Source: Podospora anserina
Taxonomy: Eukaryota
Length of the DNA: 64,000 bases
Reading direction: 5' to 3'
NCBI GenBank assembly: GCA_017654855.1
Contig: CM030338.1
Location: 2,480,001-2,544,000, forward strand
The notes beneath the pieces are model-generated. The model worked only from the letters and a program-made list of their open reading frames with translations, ran no database searches and was not told the origin of the DNA. The translations under genes were made by a program, and so were the position numbers. Of this stretch, positions 63,111 through 64,000 are shown piece by piece; within the stretch, counting starts at the first letter, position 1, and each line of letters starts with the position of its first letter.

Positions 63111-64000
63111 ATGTCACCCGCTTCCCAACCAATTCAAATCACCAAAAAACGCCTGGTCATCTGCTGTGATGGCACGTGGATGAACAGTGACACGGGCTAC
63201 AGGAAATCATCCTACCGGAACCCTATTGGAAAAACGGCTGTTCCGTCCAATGTCACCCGTCTCTCCCGGTCTTTACGTCGGTCATGTACAGATGGAACTC
63301 TTCAGGTCATTGATTATCACTCCGGAATTGGCTTAAGTGGCAGTTTCGCAGATGTTTTATCCGGCGGTGCTTTTGGCTTGAGCATCTTTGAGGTGTGCCT
63401 CAGTCAAAGTACTGAAGCAGTCCGCACATGCTTACAGAGTTTCAGAATATCCGGTCAGCCTACTCCTTCATATGTGCCAACTATACCGATGGTGATGAGA
63501 TCATCCTTGTGGGCTTCTCACGGGGAGCCTTTACCGCAAGGTCAGCTGCGGCAATGGTCTCGGATCTAGGGCTCCTGACCCGCGAAGGCATGGAGTATTT
63601 CTACCCCATCTACAAGGACAGGCGGCATTGGCGGGATACCAAATATAAGGATCCTTTTCCGGATACACCGTTTAGTGATAAGCCCAAAGGGGATGATGCT
63701 TCACGGAAGTATCGAGAGATGCTTGTCGAGGTAGGCTTGTTCTCTCTATTTTTGTTCATGAGTGCTAAGTTACAATGATTAGAAGGGTCTCACACGCATC
63801 CATCAGAACCATGAGAACAGGTCACTGATCAAAGTGAGGGCTGTTGGTATGTATACTTGTCCCAATCATCAAAGGGTATAGTTTGTTGCGGTGGACGTGA
63901 TACTCACGCTCAAATAGCCGTGTAGGACACTATTGGAAGCTTGGGAATACCCCATTCAACCGCCGAATTTCGCTTACTTGACACTGACTTGTCAGATCGT
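63111..64000 (+). CDS. DUF2235 / Tle1-like alpha/beta hydrolase (3' truncated), carries an in-frame TAG
   Basis: Exons 63111-63392, 63446-63730, 63783-63846, 63918-end. Motifs: KRLVICCDGTW, SNVTRL, YHSGIG, NIRSAYSFICANY..IILVGFSRGAFTAR, then KVRAVAV*DTIGSLGIP. Confidence 0.85.

Overview
Eukaryotic, intron-containing DNA from a filamentous ascomycete. The short GT-AG introns with CTRAC/CTAAY branch sites, the codon usage and the gene set suggest Sordariales, Podospora-like; that assignment is an inference. About 17 protein-coding loci, in order: a 5'-truncated calcineurin-like phosphoesterase/5'-nucleotidase; a TALE homeobox gene isolated in a ~22 kb otherwise gene-free region; CTR9; an unknown single-pass membrane protein; a secreted Thr-rich/Cys-rich protein; an SREBP-type bHLH; centromeric histone CENP-A; Derlin; ADI1; a disabled glycyl-tRNA synthetase paralog (flanked by a minisatellite and a mutated relic); a CorA Mg transporter; SPC1; RBX1; an Edc1/PNRC-motif protein; LEU2; an APH-like kinase; and a 3'-truncated DUF2235 hydrolase. 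Main leads: (1) an in-frame TAG exactly at a conserved Trp codon of the DUF2235 gene, a candidate for A-to-I stop-codon repair; (2) an unusually long, structured LEU2 intron with internal alternative donors and a helix covering the branch point; (3) dense TGACAG clusters around the TALE gene; (4) the divergent GlyRS pseudogene. All gene models were spliced by eye and no database searches were run.
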